Of a stretch of DNA of 40,866 bases, positions 9,580 to 18,420 are shown piece after piece. The position numbers and the translations under genes are program-made. Below the pieces are notes generated by a model. The model was not told the DNA's origin. It made no database searches and worked only from the letters and a program-made list of their open reading frames with translations. Source of the stretch: an uncultured Lachnospiraceae bacterium (GTDB taxonomy: Bacteria > Bacillota > Clostridia > Oscillospirales > CAG-272). The DNA lies in contig CAZPJU010000002.1 of the NCBI GenBank assembly GCA_964586965.1, positions 1 to 40,866 on the forward strand, given 5' to 3'. Numbering within the stretch: the stretch's first letter is position 1; the number at the start of each line of letters is the position of its first letter.

Positions 9580-10095
9580 ATGAAGAATGTCGGAAAAATT
9601 CTGGCAGCGCTCTTGGCGCTTGCCGTATTACTTTCCTTTTCCTCTGTAATCGCATTTGCCGAAGAAGCGGATGATTCCGCCGCCTCAACAGAGGCTGTTT
9701 CCGATGAATCCAAGGACGAAGCATCGTCCGACGAAACATCTGCGGAAACAAAGGCTGATGACGAATCTAAGAAGGATACAACAACTTCTACAACCGAAAA
9801 GAAGGACGACGAAGAAGAAGATCATTTCGTGCTTTATACCGGGTTGATCACACTCGCAATCATTCTTGTAATCGCAATTTGCGTTGTTGTATGGATCCTC
9901 AAGGATAAGGAAAGAGCGCTCAAGACTTGGAGATCTTTCAAGAGCGAATTCAAGAAGATCGTTTGGGCAGAGAAGCACGAAACACTGAAGAAGACAATAA
10001 TCGTTGTTGTCGCACTCGTTGTGTTCGGAGCTGTTATCGGTTTGCTCGATTATCTCTTCTCTTTTGCAATCGTAAGTCTCGGAAAGCTTATCTGA
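9580..10095 (+). CDS. secE: Preprotein translocase subunit SecE with an unusually long N-terminal extension
   Basis: The C-terminal ~60 aa (WRSFKSEFKKIVWAEKHETLKKTIIVVVALVVFGAVIGLLDYLF) is a canonical SecE amphipathic helix plus TM. It lies between rpmG and nusG. The N-terminal ~110 aa form a signal-like helix, an acidic linker and a second TM. Confidence 0.8.
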   Translation: MKNVGKILAALLALAVLLSFSSVIAFAEEADDSAASTEAVSDESKDEASSDETSAETKADDESKKDTTTSTTEKKDDEEEDHFVLYTGLITLAIILVIAICVVVWILKDKERALKTWRSFKSEFKKIVWAEKHETLKKTIIVVVALVVFGAVIGLLDYLFSFAIVSLGKLI

Positions 10096-10104
10096 TAAAC
10101 CGAA

Positions 10105-10641
10105 ATGAGCGATATCAATGAAATGAATCTCGGCCCTCGTTGGTATGTGGCGCATACTTACTCAGGCTACGAGAATAAAGTAAAGGCGAATCTTGAAAAG
10201 ATTGTCGAAAACAGAGGTCTCGGACACCTCATCTTCGAATCCGTTATTCCTATGGAATCTGTCACCGAAACAAACGGTGAGGACGTAAAAACAACGGAAT
10301 CAAAGAAATTTCCGAGCTATGTGCTTATCAAAATGATAATGACAGACGAAAGCTGGCACGTTGTGCGTAATATCAGCGGCGTAACAGGCTTCGTAGGTCC
10401 CGGATCCAAACCCGTACCGCTTACGGACGAGGAAGTTGCCGCGATCCATCTTGAAGCACATACTGAACGTACTGCAATTGAAGTCGGTAATACGGTTTCG
10501 ATCATTGACGGTCCGTTCGTAGGCTTTACCGGAACAGTTCAGTCCTTCACACCCGACGGACTCGGCGTTACGGTAGTCATTTCCACTGCGGGACGCGATA
10601 TGCCCGTTATGATGGAAACAAAACACATAAAAAAAGCGTAA
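10105..10641 (+). CDS. nusG: Transcription termination/antitermination factor NusG
   Basis: WYVAHTYSGYENKV at the N-terminus, FPSYVLIKM, and a C-terminal KOW region (VSIIDGPFVGFTGTV). Confidence 0.95.
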   Translation: MSDINEMNLGPRWYVAHTYSGYENKVKANLEKIVENRGLGHLIFESVIPMESVTETNGEDVKTTESKKFPSYVLIKMIMTDESWHVVRNISGVTGFVGPGSKPVPLTDEEVAAIHLEAHTERTAIEVGNTVSIIDGPFVGFTGTVQSFTPDGLGVTVVISTAGRDMPVMMETKHIKKA

Positions 10642-10733
10642 GCAATCCCTGCGGCGTTTGGCCGCATACGTGGGAGGGAGAAAATTTTAATCACATTCTC
10701 CCGTAATTTCACCACATTCGGAGGTTTATAACA

Positions 10734-11159
10734 ATGGCAAAGAAAATAATGGGCTATATTAAGCTCCAGCTCCCCGCCGGAAAAGCAACACCCCAGCCGC
10801 CCGTTGGTCCGGCTCTCGGTCAGTACGGCGTTTCCATTCCTAACTTTACAAAGGAATTCAACGAAAAGACAAAGCAGGATATCGGTCTTATCATCCCTGT
10901 AGTTATTACAGTATACGCTGACCGTTCCTTCACATTCATCACAAAGACTCCTCCCGCTCCCGTTCTTATTAAGAAGGCTTGCGGAATCGATTCCGGTTCC
11001 GGCGTTCCGAATAAGACAAAGGTAGCTACAATCAAGCGCGATCAGGTTAAGCAGATCGCAGAGCTCAAGATGAAGGACCTCAATGCAGGCTCCATCGAAG
11101 CAGCTATGAGCATGATCGCAGGTACAGCGCGTTCTATGGGCGTTGTAGTTGAGGACTAA
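10734..11159 (+). CDS. rplK: 50S ribosomal protein L11
   Basis: [25 protein letters not shown] and a C-terminal [13 protein letters not shown]. Confidence 0.97.
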   Translation: MAKKIMGYIKLQLPAGKATPQPPVGPALGQYGVSIPNFTKEFNEKTKQDIGLIIPVVITVYADRSFTFITKTPPAPVLIKKACGIDSGSGVPNKTKVATIKRDQVKQIAELKMKDLNAGSIEAAMSMIAGTARSMGVVVED

Positions 11160-11174
11160 AGGAGGATATGAACA

Positions 11175-11867
11175 ATGTTTAAGGGCAAGAAATATAAGGA
11201 AAGCGCTAAGCTTATCGAATCCTCCAAGCTTTATGATGTAGAAGAGGCTCTCGATCTCGTACTCAAGACCGCAAAGTCCAAGTTCGATGAAACAATCGAG
11301 CTCCACGTTCGTCTCGGTGTTGACTCCCGTCACGCTGACCAGCAGGTAAGAGGTGCAATCGTTCTTCCTCACGGTACAGGTAAGACGGTTCGCGTTCTCG
11401 CAATCGCAAAGGACGCTAAGGCTGATGAAGCAAGAGCTGCCGGCGCTGATTTTGTAGGCGATCAGGACATGATCGAAAAGATCCAGAAGGAAAACTGGTT
11501 CGATTATGATGTAATCATCACAACTCCCAATATGATGGGTATGCTCGGCCGTCTCGGTCGTGTGCTCGGTCCTAAGGGACTTATGCCTAACCCGAAGTCC
11601 GGTACAGTTACAATGGATATCGGACGTGCTATCCAGGAGGCTAAGGCAGGTAAGATCGAATACCGTCTCGATAAGACAAACATCATCCACTGCCCCATCG
11701 GTAAGGCATCCTTCGGCTCTGAAAAGCTCGGTGAGAACCTTAACACTCTCATGGATGCTATCATCAAGGCTAAGCCTGCTGCTTCCAAGGGTCAGTACAT
11801 CAAGAGCTGTGTAATCGCATCTACGATGGGCCCCGGCATTAAGATTAATGCTGCTAAGCTCGGCTAA
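11175..11867 (+). CDS. rplA: 50S ribosomal protein L1
   Basis: [24 protein letters not shown] and [16 protein letters not shown]. Confidence 0.97.
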   Translation: MFKGKKYKESAKLIESSKLYDVEEALDLVLKTAKSKFDETIELHVRLGVDSRHADQQVRGAIVLPHGTGKTVRVLAIAKDAKADEARAAGADFVGDQDMIEKIQKENWFDYDVIITTPNMMGMLGRLGRVLGPKGLMPNPKSGTVTMDIGRAIQEAKAGKIEYRLDKTNIIHCPIGKASFGSEKLGENLNTLMDAIIKAKPAASKGQYIKSCVIASTMGPGIKINAAKLG

Positions 11868-11882
11868 TTTAACAAATAAAAA

Positions 11883-11909
11883 ATCACCGTTTTTAACGGT
11901 GATTTTTTG
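11883..11909 (+). terminator. Intrinsic terminator after rplA
   Basis: atcaccgtt / aacggtgat stem with a 3-nt loop, followed by tttttt. Confidence 0.8.
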
Positions 11910-11939
11910 CATATTTCGAAAAAATAAGAGGTATCGGCA

Positions 11940-12182
11940 GTGAAGAAAATAGGTATGATACTAATGATTGTCGGTTTATTGATCGTTATAGGTACGCCTG
12001 CTTATACAGTGATATCATTGATGCTTAATTTAGGAAAATCATCAATTGGAATTATCGGCGGCGCCGGCTTACCGACATTGAAGCTGTGTTTGTCTGAGGC
12101 ATGGCGTTCAATGCTCACGTTGCCGTGTCTTTTTGGCGCTGTGTTCGTCGTTACGGGATTCGTTATCTCAAAAAAACATTAA
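11940..12182 (+). CDS. Small hypothetical membrane protein (2-3 TM). Start uncertain: GTG at 11940 or ATG at 11955.
   Basis: Hydrophobic 80-aa ORF bracketed by two terminators, with an AGAGG upstream. No recognisable family. Confidence 0.4.
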   Translation: MKKIGMILMIVGLLIVIGTPAYTVISLMLNLGKSSIGIIGGAGLPTLKLCLSEAWRSMLTLPCLFGAVFVVTGFVISKKH

Positions 12183-12211
12183 AAAGCGAGGGAAGTGTCC
12201 CTCGCTTTTTT
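12181..12211. terminator. Bidirectional intrinsic terminator (small membrane gene / rubrerythrin)
   Basis: gcgaggga-agtg-tccctcgc stem flanked by aaaaa on the 5' side and tttttt on the 3' side. Confidence 0.75.
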
Positions 12212-12216
12212 GTTGA

Positions 12217-12864
12217 TTAATAATTTGTAGCAAGAAGCTCAAAGTAGCTCTGCGGATGAGCGCAAACGGGGCATACTTCGGGAGCCGCTTTACCAACTAC
12301 GATGTGACCGCAGTTGGAGCACTGCCAGATCATTTCGTTGTCGCGCGAGAAAACAAGACCGCCTTCAACATTTTCGAGAAGCTTGAGATAACGAGCTTCG
12401 TGCTCTTTTTCAATCGCGCCTACAAGCTCAAATTTCTCGGCAATATCGTCGAATCCTTCTTCGCGAGCAGTCTTTGCAAAACCTGCGTACATATCTGTCC
12501 ATTCATAATTTTCGCCTTCAGCGGCAGCTTTGAGGTTTTCAGCGGTAGTTCCGATGCCGCCGAGAAGCTTAAACCACATCTTTGCGTGCTCTTTTTCGTT
12601 ATTAGCTGTTTCCTCGAAAATTTTAGCGATCTGAACGTATCCGTCTTTCTTTGCCTTGGATGCAAAGTAAGTGTACTTGTTGCGTGCCTGAGATTCGCCT
12701 GCAAATGCAGTCTGAAGATTAGCTTCTGTCTGAGATCCCTTGAGTTCGGGTTCTACGGGAACGAATTTTTCGCCTGCAACCTTGCAGATAGGGCACTTGT
12801 AACCATCCGGAATTACATCGCCTTCGTAAATGTATCCGCATACGGGACATTTCCATTTTTTCAT
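12217..12864 (-). CDS. Rubrerythrin with rubredoxin-like CxxC pairs at both termini
   Basis: N-terminal CPVCGY...CPICKV. Central four-helix diiron domain with two E..EKEH-type motifs ([19 protein letters not shown]). C-terminal CSNCGH...[11 protein letters not shown]. Confidence 0.9.
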   Translation of the reverse strand: MKKWKCPVCGYIYEGDVIPDGYKCPICKVAGEKFVPVEPELKGSQTEANLQTAFAGESQARNKYTYFASKAKKDGYVQIAKIFEETANNEKEHAKMWFKLLGGIGTTAENLKAAAEGENYEWTDMYAGFAKTAREEGFDDIAEKFELVGAIEKEHEARYLKLLENVEGGLVFSRDNEMIWQCSNCGHIVVGKAAPEVCPVCAHPQSYFELLATNY

Positions 12865-12902
12865 AATTTTATTATCCTTTCGGTTGTTAAAAATGTCGAA
12901 AT

Positions 12903-12919
12903 TTAAGAAAGATTCTTAA
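12903..12919. promoter_or_regulatory. Perfect inverted repeat TTAAGAA-AGA-TTCTTAA, a candidate operator in the rubrerythrin 5' UTR
   Basis: 7-bp arms with a 3-nt spacer, 11-27 nt downstream of the -10 box of the rubrerythrin promoter and 39-55 nt upstream of the ATG. Confidence 0.3.
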
Positions 12920-12929
12920 TTACAGATAA

Positions 12930-12958
12930 ATTATATCATTCATTTGTCACAATGTCAA
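12930..12958 (-). promoter_or_regulatory. Consensus sigma-A promoter for rubrerythrin
   Basis: The minus strand reads TTGACA-N17-TATAAT exactly (-35 at 12953-12958, -10 at 12930-12935). Confidence 0.6.
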
Positions 12959-12995
12959 TAGGTAAATAAACTTTTTTAGGAATGATTATTAAAAA

Positions 12996-14477
12996 TTATT
13001 TCAAAGAAAGAAGAAGCTTTTCCGAGATTTCTTTTAGAATGCTTCGCTCGGAAAAAGGAGTGTGCTCACCGAACAAAAGTTGAAAGTTTTCGTGGCCTTT
13101 TCCCGCGAGCAAAATAATATCTCCCTGCTTTGCTTCGTTGACGGCATATTCAATGGCTTCCTTACGGTCCGGAATGCAAACATACGGAGTTTCGGATTCT
13201 CCGAAACCGGATAGGATGTCGTTGATGATTGCCATCGGATCTTCGTAATCGGGATCGTCTGCTGTAAGTATGCACAGATCGGCAAGCTCTGATACAGCCG
13301 CACCGATAGGCGCACGGCGCGAAAACGTCCGTCCGCCGACGCTGCCGACGAGCACGATCAGTCTTGACGGGGAATATTCACGCAAAACAGACAGTGCAGA
13401 TCTTATTGAAAGCTCGTTGTGCGCGAAATCAATGATGAAAGTTGCGTATGGAAGTGCGTCAACTACCTCGAACCGACCGAGCGGAGACGAAATAGCAAGC
13501 GAATCCGCTATTTTTTCGAAAGAAACGCCGTAATGACGGCATACCGCAATGGCTAAAAGCGCATTATATACGGAAAAACTACCGGGTGAGCGCAGACGAA
13601 TTCTATGATCGACATCTCCGAAACGACAGGAGAAATCGATTCCGAGCGCGCTGTCGCTTCGCCACTTTTTCGGTGAATGACCGACAAAATCCGCATCGGA
13701 TGTTGTCGAAACAGACTGCGACAATGCAGAAGCGCCGCAAAGCATATATTCTGCATTTTCATCATCTTTGTTGTAAACTATGAAGTTGCAGCCGAAATCA
13801 CGGAACAGACGCGCTTTGCAGTTGCGGTAATGCTCAAAATCGGGATGTTCGTACGGCCCGATGTGATCGGGCGAGAGATTTGTATACACGCAGGTGTCGA
13901 AATTTATTCCGTAAACTCGATCGCGATATATCGCTTGAGATGATACCTCCATAACAACCGTCGTTACGCCGGAGGCAAGCATTTTTCGGAAATACATGTG
14001 CAGATCCGTCGATTCGGGGGTTGTGCGCAAGGATGATGTACGAATTCCGTCGAAAATAACGCCGGCAGAGCCGATGTATCCGGTTTTAATGCCGGCGTTG
14101 TTGAGAATATCATGTATCAAAAGCGCGGTTGTTGTTTTGCCCTTTGTTCCCGTGATCCCGATTATGCAGAGTTTATCTGCCGGACGATCATAAAATTCGG
14201 CGGAAACGAGCGGAAGCGCAAGACTTGTATTTTCTGTGAGCATGATCGCGGCGTCGTCGGGAAGCTCGATTTTGTGCTCGCATAAAAACGCACGGCAGCC
14301 GCGGTCGTATGCGTCACGAGCGTATTTGTGACCGTCGGCAATGCTGCCGTTGATGCACACAAAAAGAGTGCCGTAGGCGGCGATGCGCGAATCGTATGAA
14401 ATATGATCTATGTTTTCGTTTTCGAAGCCTGCCGGTACGGATATATCAAGCCTTGAAAATAGATTATGTAAAAGCAT
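12996..14477 (-). CDS. murE: UDP-N-acetylmuramoyl-L-alanyl-D-glutamate ligase MurE. Specificity motif is non-DNPR, so probably L-Lys-adding.
   Basis: GITGTKGKTTTA P-loop and Mur ligase middle and C-terminal domains. TADDPDYEDP occupies the position of the mDAP-type DNPR motif. The start at M16 of the track ORF (MLLHNLF...) gives a 14-nt overlap with the upstream racemase gene. Confidence 0.88.
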   Translation of the reverse strand: MLLHNLFSRLDISVPAGFENENIDHISYDSRIAAYGTLFVCINGSIADGHKYARDAYDRGCRAFLCEHKIELPDDAAIMLTENTSLALPLVSAEFYDRPADKLCIIGITGTKGKTTTALLIHDILNNAGIKTGYIGSAGVIFDGIRTSSLRTTPESTDLHMYFRKMLASGVTTVVMEVSSQAIYRDRVYGINFDTCVYTNLSPDHIGPYEHPDFEHYRNCKARLFRDFGCNFIVYNKDDENAEYMLCGASALSQSVSTTSDADFVGHSPKKWRSDSALGIDFSCRFGDVDHRIRLRSPGSFSVYNALLAIAVCRHYGVSFEKIADSLAISSPLGRFEVVDALPYATFIIDFAHNELSIRSALSVLREYSPSRLIVLVGSVGGRTFSRRAPIGAAVSELADLCILTADDPDYEDPMAIINDILSGFGESETPYVCIPDRKEAIEYAVNEAKQGDIILLAGKGHENFQLLFGEHTPFSERSILKEISEKLLLSLK

Positions 14478-15228
14478 ATTCCGTCTCCGTTGATGATTTT
14501 TTGTATGCCGAAAGGAATTCATCCGAAAATCCGATGGGATTGCATCCGCAAGCGATTATTGACTCATACGCGAGCGTTTCAAGGGAATCAACAAGTCGTG
14601 AGTCGTTTTTCGGCGCTGCAAGCGGAAGTTCGGTACAACCGAGAATTAAACAGTCACATCCGTGACTGAACATATAGTCGGAAATTTTTGCGAAGATATC
14701 CTCTCCTCCGGGTTTCCACGCTTTGACATAGTCGTAAATAACAGATGTAACAAGCGCTTGAATGTGCGCGGGCGGAGCGATGCATTCAACGCCGCGTGCT
14801 GCGAGCGCATTTTTGTATGAACCGATCTTGACTGTGCCGTCTGTTGCGAGAATTCCCGCACGTTTGAAGCCTCTGCTACTAACATGATTTGCCGTGATCT
14901 CGACTATATTGAGCACGGGAATGTTAACCGTCTCGGCAAGTTCGTTGTGGAAATATTGTGCTGTGTTGCACGGAATTGCAATGATCTCCGAACCTGCATC
15001 GCGAAGCTTTTTTGCGTCGGAACACATCATAGGCAACGGAGAATTTTTGCTTTTTCCGAGAATGAAATCCGTTCTGTCCGGAATTTCGGCATTGCTTGTT
15101 ATGACGATACGGAGATGATCCGAGTCTTTTTCGGCAAGAGTTCGCTCCGTTAAGAGCTCGTAAAAGCGCACTGTTGCCATCGGACCCATGCCGCCGAGTA
15201 TTCCGAGCGTCTTTTTTGTTTTTTTCAA
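14464..15228 (-). CDS. racD: Aspartate racemase (Asp/Glu/hydantoin racemase family)
   Basis: LGILGGMGPMAT, and two catalytic-Cys motifs IPCNTAQ and ILGCTELP. Confidence 0.85.
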   Translation of the reverse strand: MKKTKKTLGILGGMGPMATVRFYELLTERTLAEKDSDHLRIVITSNAEIPDRTDFILGKSKNSPLPMMCSDAKKLRDAGSEIIAIPCNTAQYFHNELAETVNIPVLNIVEITANHVSSRGFKRAGILATDGTVKIGSYKNALAARGVECIAPPAHIQALVTSVIYDYVKAWKPGGEDIFAKISDYMFSHGCDCLILGCTELPLAAPKNDSRLVDSLETLAYESIIACGCNPIGFSDEFLSAYKKSSTETEYAFT

Positions 15229-15246
15229 GAAGCGATACCTCCCGTT

Positions 15247-16461
15247 TTATGAATTCTTCATGTATTTTTTATATTGTCTGAGCATCATGACGGTAACGCA
15301 AGCAAGGCGTAACGGACGCGTCAAAAGGTCGCGCATATAGATGAGCGATGATGCCTCTGCTCCTTCTTTTTTAAGTTTTTTCGCAAGACCGGAAAGCGCG
15401 GGATTTTCGGTGTACATATAAACGACGCCGAGCGGAATGTTATGCCAAAAAACGCACTTCTGTACTTCAAAGAAGGGAAGATCCGATTCGTTTACGAGAT
15501 CATCGACAACGCATTTCGCAATGCTTGCTCCGGCGGCGGTGCAGTAATAGTTACTTCTGCCCTGACGCAGATTCATGTCAAATGCAAGGTAACGTCCGCT
15601 TGACGCGTCATATTTGACGTCGAAATTGCAAAATCCCGTGTAGCCTTCCGCCTCAAGCATGCGGATGAGGGGGGATGTGACCTCAGGCGCGTATTCCGTT
15701 ATTATTGCGGAATGATTGCCGATGCCCTTTGGCGTGTGCTCCTCAAGCAAAACGTGACCGAGACAAGCCATTTTGACTTTTGCGTCACCGTTTGAGTATG
15801 TAGTGACGACACGCATTCCGTCGTCACCGCCAACGATTTTTTCTTGAATGATTATTCTTTTGTCGTATCCCGACGCGAAAATTTCGGAAACGATTCTTTC
15901 CGCGTCCGACTGATCCTTGGCAAAATAGACCTTTCTCATTCCGTCGAAGGGATGATGCCAATATGTTGCAGATGAGGACGGTTTGATGACAACGGGGAAA
16001 GCAAAGCCTTCGCGTGTCAAATCGCCGGGAAGCTCGTTTGCGGAACCGATAATGAGAGTTTGCGGATAGGGGATGCCGTATTTTTCGCACATGAGATAAA
16101 AATCGGCTTTGTCAGCGAAAATATCTCGGCAATGTGCGGATGTATACGGAATTTTGTAGTCGGGAAGCGATCCTTCGGCTTTAAGATCAATTATAAGCGA
16201 AACATAATCGTCTGTGCAACCGAAAAGGATAAGGCTGTCGTTTCGGTGCGTTTTTGCGAAATCCGTCAGTACGGACAAAAGACGTGCTTTATTATCAAGA
16301 TCGGGAATGTATGTAGGGATTACTATACCGGAGTATTTGGTTGCCGAAACCGCATATCGACCGAACAAATAGCTTTTTACGCCGTAAGCCTCGTGAAAAG
16401 CTCTTGCAATATTGTAAGCGTTAAGATCGCCGCCGATCAAAACGGGAATTATCGCTGACAT
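15247..16461 (-). CDS. ATP-grasp carboxylate-amine ligase, probably a D-aspartate ligase (Aslfm/AslA-like)
   Basis: The N-terminus IPVLIGGDLNAYNIARAFHEAYG resembles, from memory, enterococcal and lactococcal D-Asp ligases. About 400 aa. It is sandwiched between an asparagine synthase and an aspartate racemase plus murE. Confidence 0.6.
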   Translation of the reverse strand: MSAIIPVLIGGDLNAYNIARAFHEAYGVKSYLFGRYAVSATKYSGIVIPTYIPDLDNKARLLSVLTDFAKTHRNDSLILFGCTDDYVSLIIDLKAEGSLPDYKIPYTSAHCRDIFADKADFYLMCEKYGIPYPQTLIIGSANELPGDLTREGFAFPVVIKPSSSATYWHHPFDGMRKVYFAKDQSDAERIVSEIFASGYDKRIIIQEKIVGGDDGMRVVTTYSNGDAKVKMACLGHVLLEEHTPKGIGNHSAIITEYAPEVTSPLIRMLEAEGYTGFCNFDVKYDASSGRYLAFDMNLRQGRSNYYCTAAGASIAKCVVDDLVNESDLPFFEVQKCVFWHNIPLGVVYMYTENPALSGLAKKLKKEGAEASSLIYMRDLLTRPLRLACVTVMMLRQYKKYMKNS

Positions 16462-16466
16462 TTTGA

Positions 16467-18323
16467 TTACTCTCCTTTAGCGGAATTTTTTTCGTATTTG
16501 ATGAAAAATTCGTTGTACCAAGTGAGGAACGTGAATATAACCCAAATTTTACGCTGATTGTTTGCGCGACCTTCTTTGTGATCGTCAAGAAGTTTCATGA
16601 GCTCGTCTGTTTTGAAAAATTCAGCCGCATAATCCGATGTGAATTTTTCCTTGACTATATTATAGAATTTGTCCTCGCGCAACCACATTTTTATCGGTAC
16701 GGGGAATCCTTTTTTGGGACGTGTTGCCCATTCGTCGGGGAGCGTTCTGTTTGCGGCAACACGCAAAACATACTTTGTGCCCTTTTCGTTAACTTTGTAC
16801 TTGACGGGAACACGTCGCGCCGCGTCCATTATCACGCGATCGAGGTACGGTACGCGGATCTCGATAGAATGTGCCATCGCCATTTTATCTGCTTTAAGAA
16901 GAATGTCTCCCGAAAGCCACAAATTAAGATCGAGATATTGCTTTTTGGTAAGCTCGTCCTTGTCCGAGACTTTTGCATAAATATCCCCCGCAACCTCAAG
17001 CGGTGACGGACCGTGACTGTACTTTTCGTTCAGAATCGAAACGGCTTCCTTTTCGGAAAATACATTTGCCTGACCGATGAAGTATTCTTCGGGGCGTTCG
17101 CCTCCCTTGATCAAGAAATCGTGACCCTTGAAGTAGGGGAGCTTTTTTGCCGTCACAGCAGCGGCACGACGAATGAATCGCGGCAGTTTTTTGTATTTTT
17201 TCATAGTGGGCGTGTCATCGTACCATTCATATCCGCCCCAAATTTCGTCCGCACCCTCGCCGGAGAGAACAACAGTGACATATTGGCGCGTAAGCTTTGA
17301 CAAGAACCAAAGCGGAACTGATGAGGGATTGGCTTGCGGCTCGTCCATGTGATATTGGATTGCCGGGAATGCGTCAAAACATTCGTCCGCTGTAATTATT
17401 TCTGCATGATGTTCAATGCCGAGAAGCTCTGAAAGACGCATTGCTTCGTTTGTTTCGTTGAACTTGTCAAAATCAAAGCCGACGGAAAAAGTATGCTGCG
17501 GCATGAGTGTTGCCGTGATATAGCTTGAGTCAACACCGCCGGAAAGAAACGATCCGACAGGTACATCGCTGTGTTTGTGAAGTGCAACGGACTCACGCAC
17601 GTCGGATTCAAGCTCCGAAACGAAATCTTCAAAGCTTTTTTCGTTGTTTTCGTCAAATTCTATATCCCAATAACGTCGAATATCAACTTTGCCGTTTTTG
17701 AAAGTGAGTGTATGCGCCGGCGGAAGCTTGTTTATACCGCGGAAAAATGTTGAGCTTCCGGACGAATACTGAAAAGAAAGGTACGGGCGAAGCGCATCCG
17801 GATTAATTTCCGGTGTGAGGTCGGGATGCTCAAGCAGAGCTTTTATTTCGCTTCCGAAAACGAGATCTCCGTTTTCCGTAAGCGCGTAGTAAAAGGGTTT
17901 TATTCCGAAAAAGTCGCGTGCGCAGAAAAGCGATTTCTCGTCGCGATCCCAAATGGCAAAAGCGAACATACCGCGCAAACGGTCAACGATTGATTCTCCG
18001 TATTGCTCGTATCCGTGTATGAGAACTTCGGTGTCGCACTTTGTTTTGAAGGTGTGACCGAGCGCGATCAATTCATCTCTTAGGGACATAAAGTTATAAA
18101 TTTCGCCGTTGAAAACGATCGTATATCTTCCATCTTCGTTCGAGAGCGGCTGAGAGCCGTCCTCAAGGTCGATAATGGAAAGACGTCTGAATCCGAGCGT
18201 AATGCCGTCACCGAGAAAGCTTCCGCCGCTGTCCGGACCGCGGTGAAAGATTCTGTCCTGCATACACTCGATTATTTTTTTGTTGTTACGGGTAACTCCC
18301 GAAAAGCCTATGAAGCCGCACAT
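16467..18323 (-). CDS. asnB: Asparagine synthase (glutamine-hydrolysing), AsnB/AsnH-like
   Basis: N-terminal nucleophile MCGFIGF, and an SGGVDSS pyrophosphatase loop (FLSGGVDSSYI). 618 aa. Confidence 0.9.
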   Translation of the reverse strand: MCGFIGFSGVTRNNKKIIECMQDRIFHRGPDSGGSFLGDGITLGFRRLSIIDLEDGSQPLSNEDGRYTIVFNGEIYNFMSLRDELIALGHTFKTKCDTEVLIHGYEQYGESIVDRLRGMFAFAIWDRDEKSLFCARDFFGIKPFYYALTENGDLVFGSEIKALLEHPDLTPEINPDALRPYLSFQYSSGSSTFFRGINKLPPAHTLTFKNGKVDIRRYWDIEFDENNEKSFEDFVSELESDVRESVALHKHSDVPVGSFLSGGVDSSYITATLMPQHTFSVGFDFDKFNETNEAMRLSELLGIEHHAEIITADECFDAFPAIQYHMDEPQANPSSVPLWFLSKLTRQYVTVVLSGEGADEIWGGYEWYDDTPTMKKYKKLPRFIRRAAAVTAKKLPYFKGHDFLIKGGERPEEYFIGQANVFSEKEAVSILNEKYSHGPSPLEVAGDIYAKVSDKDELTKKQYLDLNLWLSGDILLKADKMAMAHSIEIRVPYLDRVIMDAARRVPVKYKVNEKGTKYVLRVAANRTLPDEWATRPKKGFPVPIKMWLREDKFYNIVKEKFTSDYAAEFFKTDELMKLLDDHKEGRANNQRKIWVIFTFLTWYNEFFIKYEKNSAKGE

Positions 18324-18378
18324 AGATTATAGCTCCGTAATATATAAAAATTTGCATCAAAGCATTAAAATACATTAT

Positions 18379-18387
18379 ATTATAACA
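18379..18387 (-). promoter_or_regulatory. Extended -10 element (TGtTATAAT) for the asnB-ligase-racD-murE operon
   Basis: The minus strand reads tgttataat about 55 nt upstream of the asnB ATG. The -35 region is weak. Confidence 0.35.
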
Positions 18388-18420
18388 TAAAAACGCGATA
18401 AAATAAATACAAAAAGCAAA

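Noticed and set aside
10655-10700. A hairpin gggaga-N15-tctccc upstream of rplK, a possible L1 autoregulatory mimic of the 23S L1 stalk.
   Set aside because: The idea is plausible from E. coli L11-operon biology, but I cannot verify similarity to the 23S L1-binding site from this window alone.
10539-11912. A 457-aa ORF on the minus strand spanning the end of nusG, rplK and rplA.
   Set aside because: It is exactly antisense to three highly conserved, unmistakable genes. Its product is Cys/Leu-rich and low in information, and it has no RBS. Long mirror ORFs are expected opposite strongly codon-biased genes.
12256-12906. A 216-aa plus-strand ORF mirroring rubrerythrin. Similar shadow ORFs lie at 5947-6762, 5017-5613, 3209-3757, 33198-33797, 28702-29169 and 26804-27244.
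   Set aside because: All are fully nested antisense or out of frame within genes that have clear family motifs. Their compositions are typical of shadow frames.
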